The notes beneath the pieces were generated by a model. The model was not told the origin of the DNA. It did no database searches and was given only the letters and a program-made list of their open reading frames with translations. The position numbers and the translations under genes are program-made. DNA of 62,921 bases, filler included, from Octopus bimaculoides (lineage: Eukaryota): assembly GCF_001194135.2 (NCBI RefSeq). It is 5 parts of 5 records of this genome, joined end to end, with 100 filler letters (N's around TTAATTAATTAA, not from the genome) between each part and the next. Parts side by side here need not be neighbours in the genome. Positions count along the whole stretch, not along the records: positions 59,081 to 62,921 come from NW_026403800.1; 4 more parts are not named here. One strand, given 5' to 3'. Shown here one piece after another: positions 61,370 through 62,921 of the stretch; position 1 is the first letter of the stretch; each line of letters begins with the position of its first letter.

Positions 61370-61560
61370 CTCCTGTATGTGGTCTCTCAAAATGCTAGAA
61401 ATAGCAGACAAATTTTCGTTCCAAATCTCAGTTTTGAGTGAACGAAAGCCCTCTAACGATGCCCATCACGTCTTGATCGTAAGTCAATATAATTCAAATT
61501 GCTTTCCCTGGACAAAGCTCTCTAGCCGTGACCGTCTCGTCTTTCTACCGTTTATTATCT
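61370..61560 (+). repeat. Dispersed repeat family C (degenerate)
   Basis: gctagaaatagcagacaaatt. Confidence 0.4.
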
Positions 61561-61679
61561 AGGACTATATTATCCGATGTGTCTTTCACACACACACATC
61601 TTTCAAACCGACACGATGGTCATGGTTGTACTCATATTTGATTATAGGTCAACTTAATCTGGATTGATTTGTGGTTACA

Positions 61680-61690
61680 CAACAACAACG

Positions 61691-61727
<37 letters not shown>

Positions 61728-61818
61728 TTGAAGCTACTACTACTACTACTGAAGCTACTACTACTACTACTACTACAAGTACAACAGTAACAGCAACTAC
61801 TACTACTACTACTACTAC
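61680..61818. repeat. (ACT)n microsatellite
   Basis: Direct reading; source of the poly-Thr ORF in the track. Confidence 0.95.
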
Positions 61819-62351
61819 NNNNNNNNNNNNNNNNNNNNNNNNNNNNNNNNNNNNNNNNNNNNNNNNNNNNNNNNNNNNNNNNNNNNNNNNNNNNNNNNNN
61901 NNNNNNNNNNNNNNNNNNNNNNNNNNNNNNNNNNNNNNNNNNNNNNNNNNNNNNNNNNNNNNNNNNNNNNNNNNNNNNNNNNNNNNNNNNNNNNNNNNNN
62001 NNNNNNNNNNNNNNNNNNNNNNNNNNNNNNNNNNNNNNNNNNNNNNNNNNNNNNNNNNNNNNNNNNNNNNNNNNNNNNNNNNNNNNNNNNNNNNNNNNNN
62101 NNNNNNNNNNNNNNNNNNNNNNNNNNNNNNNNNNNNNNNNNNNNNNNNNNNNNNNNNNNNNNNNNNNNNNNNNNNNNNNNNNNNNNNNNNNNNNNNNNNN
62201 NNNNNNNNNNNNNNNNNNNNNNNNNNNNNNNNNNNNNNNNNNNNNNNNNNNNNNNNNNNNNNNNNNNNNNNNNNNNNNNNNNNNNNNNNNNNNNNNNNNN
62301 NNNNNNNNNNNNNNNNNNNNNNNNNNNNNNNNNNNNNNNNNNNNNNNNNNN

Positions 62352-62650
62352 NTAGTACTTATTCTATTGTTCCCTTTTGCCGAACCGCTAAGTTACGGGG
62401 ACGTAAACACACCAACATCGGTTGTCAAGCGATGGTGAGGGGTCAAACACAGACACAAAGACACACACACACACACACGCACGCACACATACATACGACA
62501 GGTTTCTTTCAGTTTCTGTCGCCCAAATCCACTCAAGTCTTTGGTCGGTCCGACGCTACAGCAGAAGATACTTGCCCAAGGTGTCATGAGTGGGACTGAA
62601 CCCGGAACCATGTGGTTGAGAAGCCAGCTTCTTACCACACATCCACACAC
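62352..62650 (-). mobile_element. SINE family A, near full length
   Basis: Tail gccgaaccgctaagttacggggacgtaaac through head gggactgaacccggaaccatgtggttgagaagccagcttcttaccacac. Confidence 0.85.
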
Positions 62651-62659
62651 TTCTGTGTG

Positions 62660-62860
62660 TGTGTGTTTGCCCTCCACTATCACTTGACAGCCGGTGTTGG
62701 TGTGTTTACGTCCTCATGACTTAGCGTTTCGGCAAAAGTGACCGATAGAATATGTACCAGGCTTTAAAAAATATAAGTGCTGGGGTTGATTCATTTGGCT
62801 AAAAATTCTCCAAGGCGGTACCCCAGCATGGCCGTCGTCTAATGATTGAAACAAGTAAAC
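62660..62860 (+). mobile_element. SINE family A tail, inverted relative to the upstream copy
   Basis: ggtgtgtttacgtcctcatgacttagcgtttcggcaaaag...ggcggtaccccagcatggccgtcgtctaatgattgaaac. Confidence 0.8.
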
Positions 62861-62895
62861 AACGATCTAACTACACACTCTCTTTCCCTTTTGTC

Positions 62896-62908
62896 CGCGG
62901 CCATCTTG
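62896..62908 (-). promoter_or_regulatory. YY1-like motif / possible start codon in strong context
   Basis: Minus CCAAGATGGCCGCGG resembles the AAGATGGC(G/C)G YY1 element; ATG at 62904. The window ends 17 bp upstream. Confidence 0.3.
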
Positions 62909-62921
62909 GATAGTCACTGCT

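Noticed and set aside
633-62683. Long ORFs in the supplied track made of X runs or YI/CV/HT/ER/LS/T/Y repeats
   Set aside because: They arise from N gaps and di-/tri-nucleotide microsatellites and are not coding evidence.

Overview
Eukaryotic, AT-rich, microsatellite-dense draft-assembly sequence. The SINE repertoire suggests a coleoid cephalopod, probably Octopus (inference). Four artificial 100-bp joins (44 N + TTAATTAATTAA + 44 N at 27561, 35995, 54147, 58981) split the window into five pieces whose adjacency is not sequence-supported. I could not support any host protein-coding gene, and the long ORFs in the track are gap or microsatellite artefacts. The content is decayed mobile DNA: an RTE LINE, four R4/Dong-type (RLE) LINE remnants, a Penelope-like element (RT + GIY-YIG) split by a CR1-like 3' end, a full-length Tc1/mariner DDxD element, two mariner MITEs, two non-autonomous Helitron-like elements, gag-like ORF1 fragments and many tRNA-derived SINEs. 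The most interesting signals are (1) a series of minimal type-I hammerhead-ribozyme motifs, near-intact at 13529-13576 (-), decayed at 3884 and 32453, and variant-core at 27740 and 59395; (2) an ORF1-only CCHC retroelement that shares its 3' end with a neighbouring SINE; (3) a ~130-bp-arm fold-back at 6.3-6.7 kb; (4) a ~150-bp tandem triplication in a TE-poor, UTR-like block at 57.8-58.2 kb. All translations and alignments were done by eye, and boundaries are approximate unless anchored by a quoted motif.
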